From the NCBI GenBank assembly GCA_027491435.1, contig JAOZFG010000043.1, forward strand, positions 1-26,930: DNA of 26,930 bases, given 5' to 3'. Source of the stretch: Thermoproteota archaeon. Lineage in GTDB: Archaea > Korarchaeota > Korarchaeia > Korarchaeales > Korarchaeaceae. The notes below the pieces were generated by a model, which was not told where the DNA came from, searched no databases, and was given only the letters and a program-made list of their open reading frames with translations. Shown in pieces: positions 1 through 8,512 of the stretch (within the stretch, counting starts at the first letter, position 1; every line of letters begins with the position of its first letter). The translations under genes were made by a program, and so were the position numbers.

Positions 1-1
1 C

Positions 2-649
2 GAGTCAGCCGATCAGACAAGCCCTGAAGGTCAACCTCATACGAACAGGACCAGCGACTGGGCCCAGGTCAACAGGACTGAGACCCAGCCGGGGGGAGAA
101 GGTCAAGAGGAAGTGAACGAATCGAAAGAAGGTAGAGAGCCCAGTGAGACTCGCTCTAACGTCACAGCTGAGGACGTGGACGTGGAAATCACGTTAAGGG
201 GCGACAGGGAGGTCAACTCCACCCTGCAGGTGATTGTGACCGTGAGCGGTGGGGAGGAAGCTTACGTGTACGTGAGGGGTCCCGACCTAGAGGTCAAAGG
301 GAGCAAGAGGGTGAGGGGGTCTGGCCTACTGGAAGTCCTCCTCGACGAGCTAGGAACCTGGTCCGTCGTTGGGGTCGTGCCCAACAGGCTGATCAAAACC
401 TTGAAGTTCTCGGTGATCCCTCCAACGAGGACAGTCACTGAGAAGCCGGAAGGGTTGCAAAAGGAGGAGTTGTTAGTAAACAGCTCCGTAGCAAGCGTTG
501 ATAAGGTTATTCCACGTGAGATGGAGGTTAGGGAGTGGGGCTTCGGGGGCTGCATAATACCCAGGAGGGCTAGCAGGGTTCCGCCCCAGCTCACGGCAGG
601 CCTTCTGCTGGCAACCTTCATACTGGCCGTCTGGAGGTGGAAGCATTGA
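2..649 (+). CDS. 5'-truncated putative cell-surface protein with C-terminal membrane anchor
   Basis: The frame of ORF 113..649 is open back to base 2, so the gene starts before the window. It has a low-complexity E/T/S/P region, a beta-rich segment, then a C-terminal hydrophobic helix and basic tail (LTAGLLLATFILAVWRWKH). Confidence 0.65.
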   Translation, partial: ESADQTSPEGQPHTNRTSDWAQVNRTETQPGGEGQEEVNESKEGREPSETRSNVTAEDVDVEITLRGDREVNSTLQVIVTVSGGEEAYVYVRGPDLEVKGSKRVRGSGLLEVLLDELGTWSVVGVVPNRLIKTLKFSVIPPTRTVTEKPEGLQKEELLVNSSVASVDKVIPREMEVREWGFGGCIIPRRASRVPPQLTAGLLLATFILAVWRWKH

Positions 650-1239
650 GGAAGGCCCTCATCCTACCTTTCTTAGCGGGCGCCCTGATGGTGATGCTCT
701 CTCTGAGCTTTTACGGTACGAAAACCCTGCATCTAGAGGAGGGAACCTACGAGATCATTGGGAACCCATCGAACTTGCAGGTGACACCTGCAAACCTCTG
801 CATCTCAACTGTGGACCTAAAGCTCAGGGAGGTCCAGCTAAAAGAGGGCGTAAATGAGGGTAAGAGGTACCTCCTCTCCGTCAAAGGGAGAGGGGTTCTG
901 AAGGTAGTTGTGGGGAACGAGACCAGGGTATACAGCTTCGAGGACGGGGGCTACGTGCCGTTGCCAGAGGGGAGGTACAACTACTCAATAGAGGTATTCA
1001 ACGCATCTTTGAAGGCCTATGAGGTGCTTGATATGTCCCCTCGTCACGTAAAAGCTGAGGTAGATGGAAATTCGGTGTTTCTACCGGAAGGGGAGTACTA
1101 CGCGATCATATCCGGAAAGGGCAGGGCCTTGATCAGGAAGCACGAACCAAACGTCCTCATGCTGGTAGCAGGACTGGCCCTCATCCTCACCTCCCTACTT
1201 AAGGTGATCAGGGGTGCTAATTCTGGAAGGGGAAATTAA
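637..1239 (+). CDS. hypothetical membrane-anchored protein (N- and C-terminal hydrophobic helices, beta-rich middle)
   Basis: 200 aa ORF overlapping both neighbours. Hydrophobic stretches are ALILPFLAGALMVMLSLSFY and VLMLVAGLALILTSLL. Confidence 0.7.
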   Translation: MEALRKALILPFLAGALMVMLSLSFYGTKTLHLEEGTYEIIGNPSNLQVTPANLCISTVDLKLREVQLKEGVNEGKRYLLSVKGRGVLKVVVGNETRVYSFEDGGYVPLPEGRYNYSIEVFNASLKAYEVLDMSPRHVKAEVDGNSVFLPEGEYYAIISGKGRALIRKHEPNVLMLVAGLALILTSLLKVIRGANSGRGN

Positions 1240-2560
1240 ATCAAGGGAGTTGGCCGCTAAGGCCAAGGAGTGCTATAGGAACCCGCTGAATCCAAGTAGG
1301 CTTGACAGGATAAGGGCCAAGGTCAAGAGGTGCGGGGTTGAACTTCAAGTGGAGCCAGTCAGCCTGGATGGGATGGAGTTCCCAGGGGGCCTCCTCTCCC
1401 TGGAGAAGGGGCTAGCCATACCGCACAGCCTCACCAAGGGGCTGACCCCCCTAATAATCCTGCTGGCCGAGAGGTTGAAGGGGATATACGCCAAGGGGGA
1501 GGGACCAGGGGAGCTCCTGTGGAACTCCTACAGGTTGAGGGTTGAGAGGGCCGCAGAGATCCTATCTGAGCTTGGTTTGCACGATGAAGCCCTAGCAGAG
1601 GAAGCAGCTGCTAGATCAACGAAAATATGGCCTTTAATCTCGATGCTGATGATGGAAGACGTCACCGAAGGGTACACGTACATGGGAGGCCCCCTGTTCC
1701 TGGACCACGTCACCTTAGGCAGGGTCAAAATCAGGAACTACAGGCTGGACTCTGCCGACTTGGACAAGCTGATAACCCTGGTGGAGGCCGATCCTATAAG
1801 CTCTCTCGGCCTGGATAACCCATTTAACGAGGTGGACTTGCCGTTGGGGGACCACAGGTTCAGGATATCCCTGGACGTGCCCCCAGCCTCTCCCGGGGCC
1901 GTGGACATAAGGGCCCTATCGGCCATATCCAGGCTGAGCCTGCCGAGGCTAATTGAGCTGGGCACCATAAAGTTGGAGGAGGCCGCCCTACTCCTGGAGA
2001 AGTTGCTCAACGGGGACCCCGTGCTCATCTTCGGCAGGACAGGGGTGGGGAAGACCACCTTGTCTAACGCACTCCTGGCAACCCTCCCCAGGGACATGAG
2101 GCTTATCTCAATGGAGGAGGTCAGGGAGATAGAGGACATGAACAGGTATGGGATGCACCACACAGCTTACGAGGTTCCCAACGCTAAGATGGATCTCCTG
2201 ATCTCTTTACTGCACAGAAACCCAGATCTGGTCTTCATGGGGGAGATACTCACAGGAGACCACGTACTGGCCTTTGAATTTGCTGTCGAAAGCGGTTTTC
2301 CTGTTCTGGCCACCACACACGCCAGGTCTTACGAGCACCTCGCTAAGAAGTGGGAGAGGGCATCGCCTGACTCGCTGGAAGGGGTGACTGCAGTTCACAT
2401 GGCCTCTAAGAGGGTCCTCTCAATAATGGAGATGGAAGGCTCGTGGAGACAGCCAGGCGCCCCGTCGGAAGGTTGCTTAAGGTATCTCAGGGGGCTGAGG
2501 GGGGCTAAAACAAATGAGGACGTCTGGAAGAGGGTTAAAGAATTACCTGAGATCTGCTAA
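1214..2560 (+). CDS. type II/IV secretion or type IV pilus assembly ATPase (VirB11/CpaF/FlaI-like)
   Basis: Walker A GRTGVGKTT, Asp-box-like ISMEEVREI, Walker B region LHRNPDLVFMGEI and His-box ATTHA. Confidence 0.85.
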   Translation: MLILEGEIKSRELAAKAKECYRNPLNPSRLDRIRAKVKRCGVELQVEPVSLDGMEFPGGLLSLEKGLAIPHSLTKGLTPLIILLAERLKGIYAKGEGPGELLWNSYRLRVERAAEILSELGLHDEALAEEAAARSTKIWPLISMLMMEDVTEGYTYMGGPLFLDHVTLGRVKIRNYRLDSADLDKLITLVEADPISSLGLDNPFNEVDLPLGDHRFRISLDVPPASPGAVDIRALSAISRLSLPRLIELGTIKLEEAALLLEKLLNGDPVLIFGRTGVGKTTLSNALLATLPRDMRLISMEEVREIEDMNRYGMHHTAYEVPNAKMDLLISLLHRNPDLVFMGEILTGDHVLAFEFAVESGFPVLATTHARSYEHLAKKWERASPDSLEGVTAVHMASKRVLSIMEMEGSWRQPGAPSEGCLRYLRGLRGAKTNEDVWKRVKELPEIC

Positions 2561-3461
2561 CGTGGTTCAGAGGCTGGTGCTGGGCTGGACAGTCTCCCCT
2601 TCCTATGGACTCCTTAAATCCGATCCCTCAGCTTACAGAAAGGTAGCAGTTGATGGTGTGAGGCTTAAGGAGGCCATGAAGGATCTGAAGGTTAGCAGGG
2701 AAGTTAAGGGCATCCTGAAATCCCTGGCGGAAGGCGGTGAGAGGGTGAGGACTCTAGAATCCTCTCTCAGACTCATATCCCAGCTTATGGAGGTGGACCT
2801 TAACGTCAGGGAGAGGTGGGTTTACGCCTCCATAACCGCTAGCGTATCGGTGGCCATGATAGTGGCGGTGATGACAGCCCTGGGCAAGCTCACGAGCTTT
2901 CAGGCAATCCTTATAGCCCTCCTCTCCTTAGCAATTTACCCCCTCATTCCCTCAGCCTCTCCCCTGGCCGAGGTAGACCCCTCGATAGCTGACTCCATTG
3001 CAAGCTCTCTGGAGTCCGGAAGCGGTAGGGTTCACGCCCTATCGCACCTAGGGATATACGATGAGCTGGTGGTCGATCACACCCTCAAGGAGGTGGACCT
3101 CCCCGTCTGGGCTGAAGTCTTGAGGGACATAAGTGGCAGAGTTCACCTCTCCCAAGTGATGAGGAGGACGGCCTCCCTCCTTAGGGAGGTCAAGAGGTTA
3201 GAGGAGTACTGGAGGGCCAAAATAAGGGGGCTCAAAGCTACTGTGGTCGCTATGTGCGGCCTTCTGGGGGTAACTAACGCCTTTCTGATGAGGTCACTCT
3301 CCCTCCTACCAATTTCAGGTTTCATCTGGGATTTAAGACAGTCAATGCTCATTTTAGGCCTAGTTTACTCCCTGATAGCTTCGAAGCCCGTAAGATCCGA
3401 GCTGCCTTCCTCCATGGCCTATGTGGTGGCATTCCTAATGGCCGATTACATAATTCCCTGA
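2514..3461 (+). CDS. multi-pass membrane protein, probable TadB/TadC (T2SS F-like) platform partner
   Basis: Alternating soluble helical domains and paired transmembrane segments, directly downstream of and overlapping the secretion ATPase. The family call rests mainly on context and topology. Confidence 0.55.
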   Translation: MRTSGRGLKNYLRSANVVQRLVLGWTVSPSYGLLKSDPSAYRKVAVDGVRLKEAMKDLKVSREVKGILKSLAEGGERVRTLESSLRLISQLMEVDLNVRERWVYASITASVSVAMIVAVMTALGKLTSFQAILIALLSLAIYPLIPSASPLAEVDPSIADSIASSLESGSGRVHALSHLGIYDELVVDHTLKEVDLPVWAEVLRDISGRVHLSQVMRRTASLLREVKRLEEYWRAKIRGLKATVVAMCGLLGVTNAFLMRSLSLLPISGFIWDLRQSMLILGLVYSLIASKPVRSELPSSMAYVVAFLMADYIIP

Positions 3462-3472
3462 AATTTTTTAAT
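3460..3472 (+). promoter_or_regulatory. candidate BRE/TATA box for smc (the T-run may also terminate the upstream operon)
   Basis: GAAATTTTTTAAT lies about 22-34 bp upstream of the smc TTG, the spacing expected for a leaderless archaeal transcript. Confidence 0.4.
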
Positions 3473-3493
3473 GCCACTAGGTAAGTAGCACCG

Positions 3494-5788
3494 TTGATAG
3501 CCTCAATAAGGATAGCGAACTTCAAGTCGTTCAAGAGAGCTAGGATAGTAATCCCCGAAGGTTTTGTAGCCATAACAGGCCCAAACGGCTCAGGTAAGTC
3601 CAACGTGCTTGAGGCCATAGCCTTCGTGATGGGCTGGAGGGCCAAAAGGCTCAGGGCCGCCAACATGTCCCATCTGGTCAGGAGGGGGGCTGAAACGGCC
3701 AGCGTAACCCTTGAGCTGAGGCAAGACGGGGAGAAGGTTGAGATAACAAGGGAGATAAGGAGGAAAGGGGAGAGCGTGTACAGGATAAACGGTAAACGTT
3801 CTTCCGCCGAGGAGGTTCAGGAGCTCCTCAGGAAGCTCGGCTACTCCATGGACAACTACTCCTTCATAACCCAAGGGGACATAACCAGGGTGGTAGAGAT
3901 GTCAGCCAGGGAGAGGGCTAAGCTCCTTGAGGAGATAAGCGGGGTCAGCGTCTACGACGAGAAGAGGGAGAAGGCACTCAAGGAGCTGGAGGAGGCCAAC
4001 CAGGGGATAAGGGAGATAGGAGCGGTCCTCAGGGAGAGGAAAGCAGAGCTTGAGAGGGCTGAGAGGGAACTGGAGAAATTCAGGAAGTACCAGGAGCTTG
4101 TGGAGTTGAAGAAGAGGCTCATGGCCTCCTTACTCATCAAGAGGAGGGAAGCCATACTCAGGAGGCTCGAGGAACTGGAGAAGGTGGAGCCGGAGGTTAC
4201 TACCGACGAGAGGATAGAGGGGATAAGGGAAGAGCTGGAGAAGAAGGAGGCCGAACTCAGGCAGCTTGAGGAGCTGGTGAGGACCTCACCCCTCAGGAGG
4301 AGGAGAGACGTGGAGGCCAAGATAAGGTCCATCGAGGGGAGGGTCAGCGCCTTGGAGAAGGCAATAGAGGCCAAGAGGGAGAGCCTGAACATACTAATGA
4401 GGGGCAGGGACGTTCCCCCCAAGCTAAGGGAGGACCCCTCCTTCCTAGGCCTAGTTCACGAGCTGATAAAGCCCCTGCCCGGGTTTGAGGTGCCCTACTT
4501 CGCCCTAGCCCACAGCAGGCTGGACGACATAGTGGTAAGGGACCTAGAAGGGGCTCTAAGGATAGCCAAGTCGCTGAGGGAGGTTCCAGGCAGGTTCAGA
4601 ATAATCCCCCTGGATATGGTAGGTCACAGGGAGGTGAAGGAGCTCCCCTGGACTAAGGGACACATGTCAAACTTCCTATCCTACGATCCGGAGTTCCAGG
4701 ACCTGGCTAGGATGATCTTCAACGCCTACCTGGTCGAGAGCCTGGAGGACGTTCCCAGGGATCAGGTCGGCAAGGCCAGGTACGTCTCATCGCACGGGGA
4801 GGTAATGGAGAGGGAGTACATAGTCGCCGGGAAACCCGTCAAAGAGGCTGAGAGGATAAGGAAGATAAGGGAGGAAATAGGAGAGCTTGAGAGGGAGCTT
4901 AAGGAGGGAAGGGCGCAAATAAAAAGGCTGAAGGAGGAGCTTGAAAGGCTGCCACAGGAGGACAGGAACGTGGAGAGGCTTTCCTTAGTAAGGGAGGAGG
5001 TCAGGAGGTTAAGGAGGGAGTACGAGGCGGAGCTCAGGAAGAGAGAGGCGGTAGTGTCCAAGCTTAGGAGGATAAGCGAGGAGAGGGGAAGGCTTGAGAG
5101 GGAGCTTGAAGAGGTGGAGTCCAGGCTTAGGGAGTTCAGGGGTGTAGAGCCCCTCAACGTGGACGATCCAGCTAGTGAGCTCAAGAAGGTGGAGGTAGAG
5201 CTCAGGATCACGGGGCCAGTAAACCCTAAGGCCGAGGAGGAGTATGAGGTCAGGAAGTTCAGGTACAAGAAGGTGAAGGAAAACTACGACAAGTTCGTGG
5301 AGAGGAGGGACAAGATACTGGAGCTGATAAGGAAGCTGGACGAGGAAAGGGAAAAGGTGCTCATGGAGACTCTAAGGAGGCTTTCCAGGGAGTTCGACGC
5401 CTCCATAAAGGACCTGTTCGGAGGGGGAGAGGGATCGCTCAACCTAACTGATAAGGGCCTGGAGATGAAGATAAGGCTGCCTGGGAAGAAGGCAGTGGCC
5501 GTCGAGGCCCTTTCAGGTGGAGAGAAGAGCCTCAGCGCTATCGCCTTCATAATGGCGCTTCAAAGGTTAAGGCCCTCCCCTCTTTATCTGCTCGACGAGG
5601 CGGACGCCATGCTAGACGGGGTCAACTGCAAGAGGTTCGCGAGGGCCATGAAGAAGATGGCCAGGGAGCATGGGGTTCAGGTCATAGCCATCTCCCTTAA
5701 GAGGGAGACTCTGGAGGAAGCTGACTACCTCATAGGGGTGACCATGAGCGGAGGCGAATCCAAGGTGGTGGTAGTCAACATGGGGTGA
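3494..5788 (+). CDS. smc: chromosome segregation protein SMC, unusually short (764 aa)
   Basis: NFKSF, Walker A GPNGSGKSN, Q-loop ITQG, central hinge-like domain (about aa 305-447; GLVHELI, RLDDIVV, GRFRIIPLD), joint motif GPVNPKAEEEY, signature LSGGEKS and Walker B/D-loop YLLDEADAMLD. It is followed by scpA and scpB. Confidence 0.92.
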   Translation: MIASIRIANFKSFKRARIVIPEGFVAITGPNGSGKSNVLEAIAFVMGWRAKRLRAANMSHLVRRGAETASVTLELRQDGEKVEITREIRRKGESVYRINGKRSSAEEVQELLRKLGYSMDNYSFITQGDITRVVEMSARERAKLLEEISGVSVYDEKREKALKELEEANQGIREIGAVLRERKAELERAERELEKFRKYQELVELKKRLMASLLIKRREAILRRLEELEKVEPEVTTDERIEGIREELEKKEAELRQLEELVRTSPLRRRRDVEAKIRSIEGRVSALEKAIEAKRESLNILMRGRDVPPKLREDPSFLGLVHELIKPLPGFEVPYFALAHSRLDDIVVRDLEGALRIAKSLREVPGRFRIIPLDMVGHREVKELPWTKGHMSNFLSYDPEFQDLARMIFNAYLVESLEDVPRDQVGKARYVSSHGEVMEREYIVAGKPVKEAERIRKIREEIGELERELKEGRAQIKRLKEELERLPQEDRNVERLSLVREEVRRLRREYEAELRKREAVVSKLRRISEERGRLERELEEVESRLREFRGVEPLNVDDPASELKKVEVELRITGPVNPKAEEEYEVRKFRYKKVKENYDKFVERRDKILELIRKLDEEREKVLMETLRRLSREFDASIKDLFGGGEGSLNLTDKGLEMKIRLPGKKAVAVEALSGGEKSLSAIAFIMALQRLRPSPLYLLDEADAMLDGVNCKRFARAMKKMAREHGVQVIAISLKRETLEEADYLIGVTMSGGESKVVVVNMG

Positions 5789-5792
5789 TTTA

Positions 5793-6338
5793 TTGGAGCC
5801 CGAGCAGGTGTGGGAGAGGTTCACTCAGACTAGGGACATAGCTTGGGCTGGATCTATGGCTTACCTGCTGGCTAAGAGGTTGAAAGAGGAGGTGCTAACC
5901 TTCCTAAACAGGAAGAGGAGGGTGGAGAAGGTCCAGGTTAAAAGGGACAGGGAGGTCAAGCTCAAGGAGGCTAGAGTAAGCCCCATAATGGCCAGGCTCC
6001 CCAGGAAGCCTCCATCTCTGGCAGACCTGATAAACGCCTTCAGGTGGGTTGAGAAGAGGGTCGCTAAGATCCTCTCCATTCCAATAGCCAGGATATCCAG
6101 GTGGAGCCTTCACAACGAGATAGAGAGGGTCAGAAAGCTGCTAATGGGCTTGAAGGAGAGAGAGGTGAGCTTCTTCTCCCTGGTCAGAGATAGGGGGGAG
6201 ATAGCGCCAACTTTAATTTCCCTCCTCTACTTGGAGAGACAGGGGGAGGTGGAGCTCTACCAGGAGAGGCCGTTCTCTGACATAATTATTAGGGTGAAGT
6301 CGGTTGGTCGACAGGGAGGTCCTGAGGAAGTTGCTTGA
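5793..6338 (+). CDS. scpA: segregation and condensation protein A (kleisin), short form
   Basis: C-terminal kleisin winged-helix pattern TLISLLYLERQGEVELYQERPFSDIII and a central RxPxxPPSLADLINA segment. It sits between smc and scpB. Confidence 0.8.
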   Translation: MEPEQVWERFTQTRDIAWAGSMAYLLAKRLKEEVLTFLNRKRRVEKVQVKRDREVKLKEARVSPIMARLPRKPPSLADLINAFRWVEKRVAKILSIPIARISRWSLHNEIERVRKLLMGLKEREVSFFSLVRDRGEIAPTLISLLYLERQGEVELYQERPFSDIIIRVKSVGRQGGPEEVA

Positions 6339-6774
6339 GGCAGCCCTGTTCGCAGCTGGTAGACCAGTCAGCGATGAGGAGATCAAGGAGCTGCTGGGAA
6401 ACGTTGACGTGGAGGGGCTAGTGGAGGAGATAAACGAGTCCCTGGAGGGACACCCGTTCCACGTGGTCAAGGAGTACGGGGGCTGGTTCATGACCCTCAA
6501 GGAGGGCTACCTGGAAAAGGTGTCGCACTTCTACCCCGTCCCAATGCTCTCAAGGTCCGAGATGAGGACGTTAGCTGTGATAGCCGCTAACGAGCCAGTT
6601 CTCCTATCAGACCTGGTGACCGCTTTAGGGGGGAGCGCCAGGAGGCACGTCAAGAAGTTGAAGAGGCTAGGGCTGATCAGGGAGATTAGGGAGGGGAGGA
6701 AGAAGGTCCTCAGGACCACCACTAAGTTCGCCCACTTCTTCAAGCTCGGTGATGCGGATGACTCCTGGGATTGA
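6304..6774 (+). CDS. scpB: segregation and condensation protein B (kite)
   Basis: LEAALFAAGRPVS, LSRSEMRTLAVIAANEPV and TTTKFAHFFKL match the tandem winged-helix ScpB pattern. Confidence 0.88.
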   Translation: MVDREVLRKLLEAALFAAGRPVSDEEIKELLGNVDVEGLVEEINESLEGHPFHVVKEYGGWFMTLKEGYLEKVSHFYPVPMLSRSEMRTLAVIAANEPVLLSDLVTALGGSARRHVKKLKRLGLIREIREGRKKVLRTTTKFAHFFKLGDADDSWD

Positions 6775-7660
6775 GGTGGAGCTGGCCGGCTTGAGGTTGA
6801 GGAACCCCCTGATCCTGGCCTCGGGCATAATGGGAAATACTGCCTCAGCCCTGGTCAGGGTTTACAGGGCTGGGGCTGGAGCTTTAACCACAAAGACCGT
6901 CACTAAGGAGCCTGTGGAGGGTTATCGAAACCCTGTGGTCGTGGAACTGCCCTTCGGCCTTTTGAACGCCATGGGCCTGCCCAACCCGGGTGTAGACTAC
7001 TTCCTGGAGGAGCTGAGGGCCGTCAAGAGGGAGGTTCCGGAGGCTCCCTTGATAGTTAGCGTTGGGGGCAATTCGCCTGACGAAGTGGCTGACGTAGCTT
7101 CTGTAGTGGACGTGGGGGAGGCTGTGGAGATAAACGCCTCCTGCCCCCACGTCTCCGGTCACGGGGTTGAGATAGGGTCCACCCCCGAGCTGATAGGGGA
7201 GCTGGTCAGGAAGGTGAGGGAGAGCACCTCCAAGCCCTTGTTCGTTAAGCTCACTCCCATGACCCACGACATCAGGTCCTTGGGTGAAGCAGCCGTAGAA
7301 GCTGGAGCTGACGTGTTGGTGGCGATAAATACTATTAGAGCCATGGTGATAGACGTGGAGGCCATGAAGCCCGTCCTATCAAATAAGTTTGGTGGGCTCA
7401 GCGGTCCTGCCATTAGGCCCGTGGCGGTAAGGGCCGTGTATGAGCTCTCCGACTTGGCTCCCGTAGTGGGGGTTGGGGGCGTGGAGACCTGGAGGGACGC
7501 CCTGGAAATGATCATGGCGGGCGCCACAGCCGTGGGGATAGGCACCGCAGTGTACAAGAAGGGACTTAACGTCTTCGAGGAGATAAGTCAGGGCATAATC
7601 AAATACCTGGAGAGTAGGGGGCTGACCCTCAAGGAGGTTGTGGGGGCTGCTAAAAGTTGA
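6749..7660 (+). CDS. pyrD: dihydroorotate dehydrogenase, family 1 catalytic subunit
   Basis: NPLILASG, TTKT, LLNAMGLPNPG, EINASCPH (catalytic Cys), KLTP, INT and GGLSG. The true start may be the ATG at 6758. Confidence 0.93.
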   Translation: MMRMTPGIEVELAGLRLRNPLILASGIMGNTASALVRVYRAGAGALTTKTVTKEPVEGYRNPVVVELPFGLLNAMGLPNPGVDYFLEELRAVKREVPEAPLIVSVGGNSPDEVADVASVVDVGEAVEINASCPHVSGHGVEIGSTPELIGELVRKVRESTSKPLFVKLTPMTHDIRSLGEAAVEAGADVLVAINTIRAMVIDVEAMKPVLSNKFGGLSGPAIRPVAVRAVYELSDLAPVVGVGGVETWRDALEMIMAGATAVGIGTAVYKKGLNVFEEISQGIIKYLESRGLTLKEVVGAAKS

Positions 7661-8508
7661 TAGAGTTCAGGTTACTGGCCTTCGACAGCCTAGGAGTTAG
7701 GTCAATGGCTACGGTAGTTGAGACCTCCAGCTTAAAGGTCATGATAGACCCCAGCGTGGCCTTAGCCCCCAAGAGGTACGGGCTACCCCCTCACCCCAAG
7801 GAGGTGGAGCTTATGGAGGAGATGGCCTCCCTAATTTACGAGGAGGCCAAGGACTCTGACGTGATAGTGGTGACCCACTACCACTACGATCACTTCGACC
7901 TGGGGGATAAGATACCGTTGGACGTCTACGAGGGCAAACTGGTCCTGATAAAGGACCCGGTGAATAACATAAACGCAAGCCAGAAGTACAAGAGGGCTCC
8001 CAAGTTCTTGAAAGCGATAGAAGGACTGCCCGAACGGGTCATGATAGCTGATGGAAACTCGTTCAAGCTGGAGAGGACCACAATAACCTTCTCGCCCGCA
8101 GTGCCTCATGGCCTCAACGACAAGCTGGGTTACGTGGTCCAGGTTTTGGTGGAGGAGGGAGACGAGAGATTCCTATTTTCATCGGACGTGGAGGGGCCCG
8201 CCCTGGAGGAGCAGGCCAGCTTCATGTTGAAGTCTAAACCTCACTGGGCGGTTGTGGACGGGCCCATGACCTACATGCTAGGGTACAGGTACTCCAAGGA
8301 GGCCCTGGATAAATCGGTAAACAACCTGTTGGCCCTCTTGGATCAGTCGCAGCTGGAGCTCCTTGTTCTGGATCACCACCTCTGCAGGGAACTGGAATTC
8401 AGGGATAGGCTTAAATTGCTAGGTAACAAGTTTAAGACCGCAGCCCAGGCCTCGGGCAAACCCGAGAACTTGCTTGAGGCCAAGAGGAGGGACCTATACA
8501 GGAGTTGA
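7657..8508 (+). CDS. UPF0282-type metallo-beta-lactamase fold hydrolase
   Basis: DSLGVRSMAT, IDPSVALAPKRYGLPPHP, THYHYDH, PHG, SSDVEGP and LDHH. Confidence 0.85.
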   Translation: MIEFRLLAFDSLGVRSMATVVETSSLKVMIDPSVALAPKRYGLPPHPKEVELMEEMASLIYEEAKDSDVIVVTHYHYDHFDLGDKIPLDVYEGKLVLIKDPVNNINASQKYKRAPKFLKAIEGLPERVMIADGNSFKLERTTITFSPAVPHGLNDKLGYVVQVLVEEGDERFLFSSDVEGPALEEQASFMLKSKPHWAVVDGPMTYMLGYRYSKEALDKSVNNLLALLDQSQLELLVLDHHLCRELEFRDRLKLLGNKFKTAAQASGKPENLLEAKRRDLYRS

Positions 8509-8512
8509 TCTT

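Noticed and set aside
3952-5550. Long Ser/Leu-rich minus-strand ORFs opposite smc, and similar shadow ORFs opposite pyrD, tmcA, elp3 and xth
   Set aside because: They are antisense by-products of GAG/AGG/AAG-rich coding sequence and carry no motifs.
3494-5788. Rad50/SbcC or Wadjet (JetC/MksB) reading of the short SMC
   Set aside because: There is no CXXC zinc hook and no adjacent mre11 or jetD-like nuclease. A hinge domain, the GPVN joint motif and the smc-scpA-scpB order favour true SMC.
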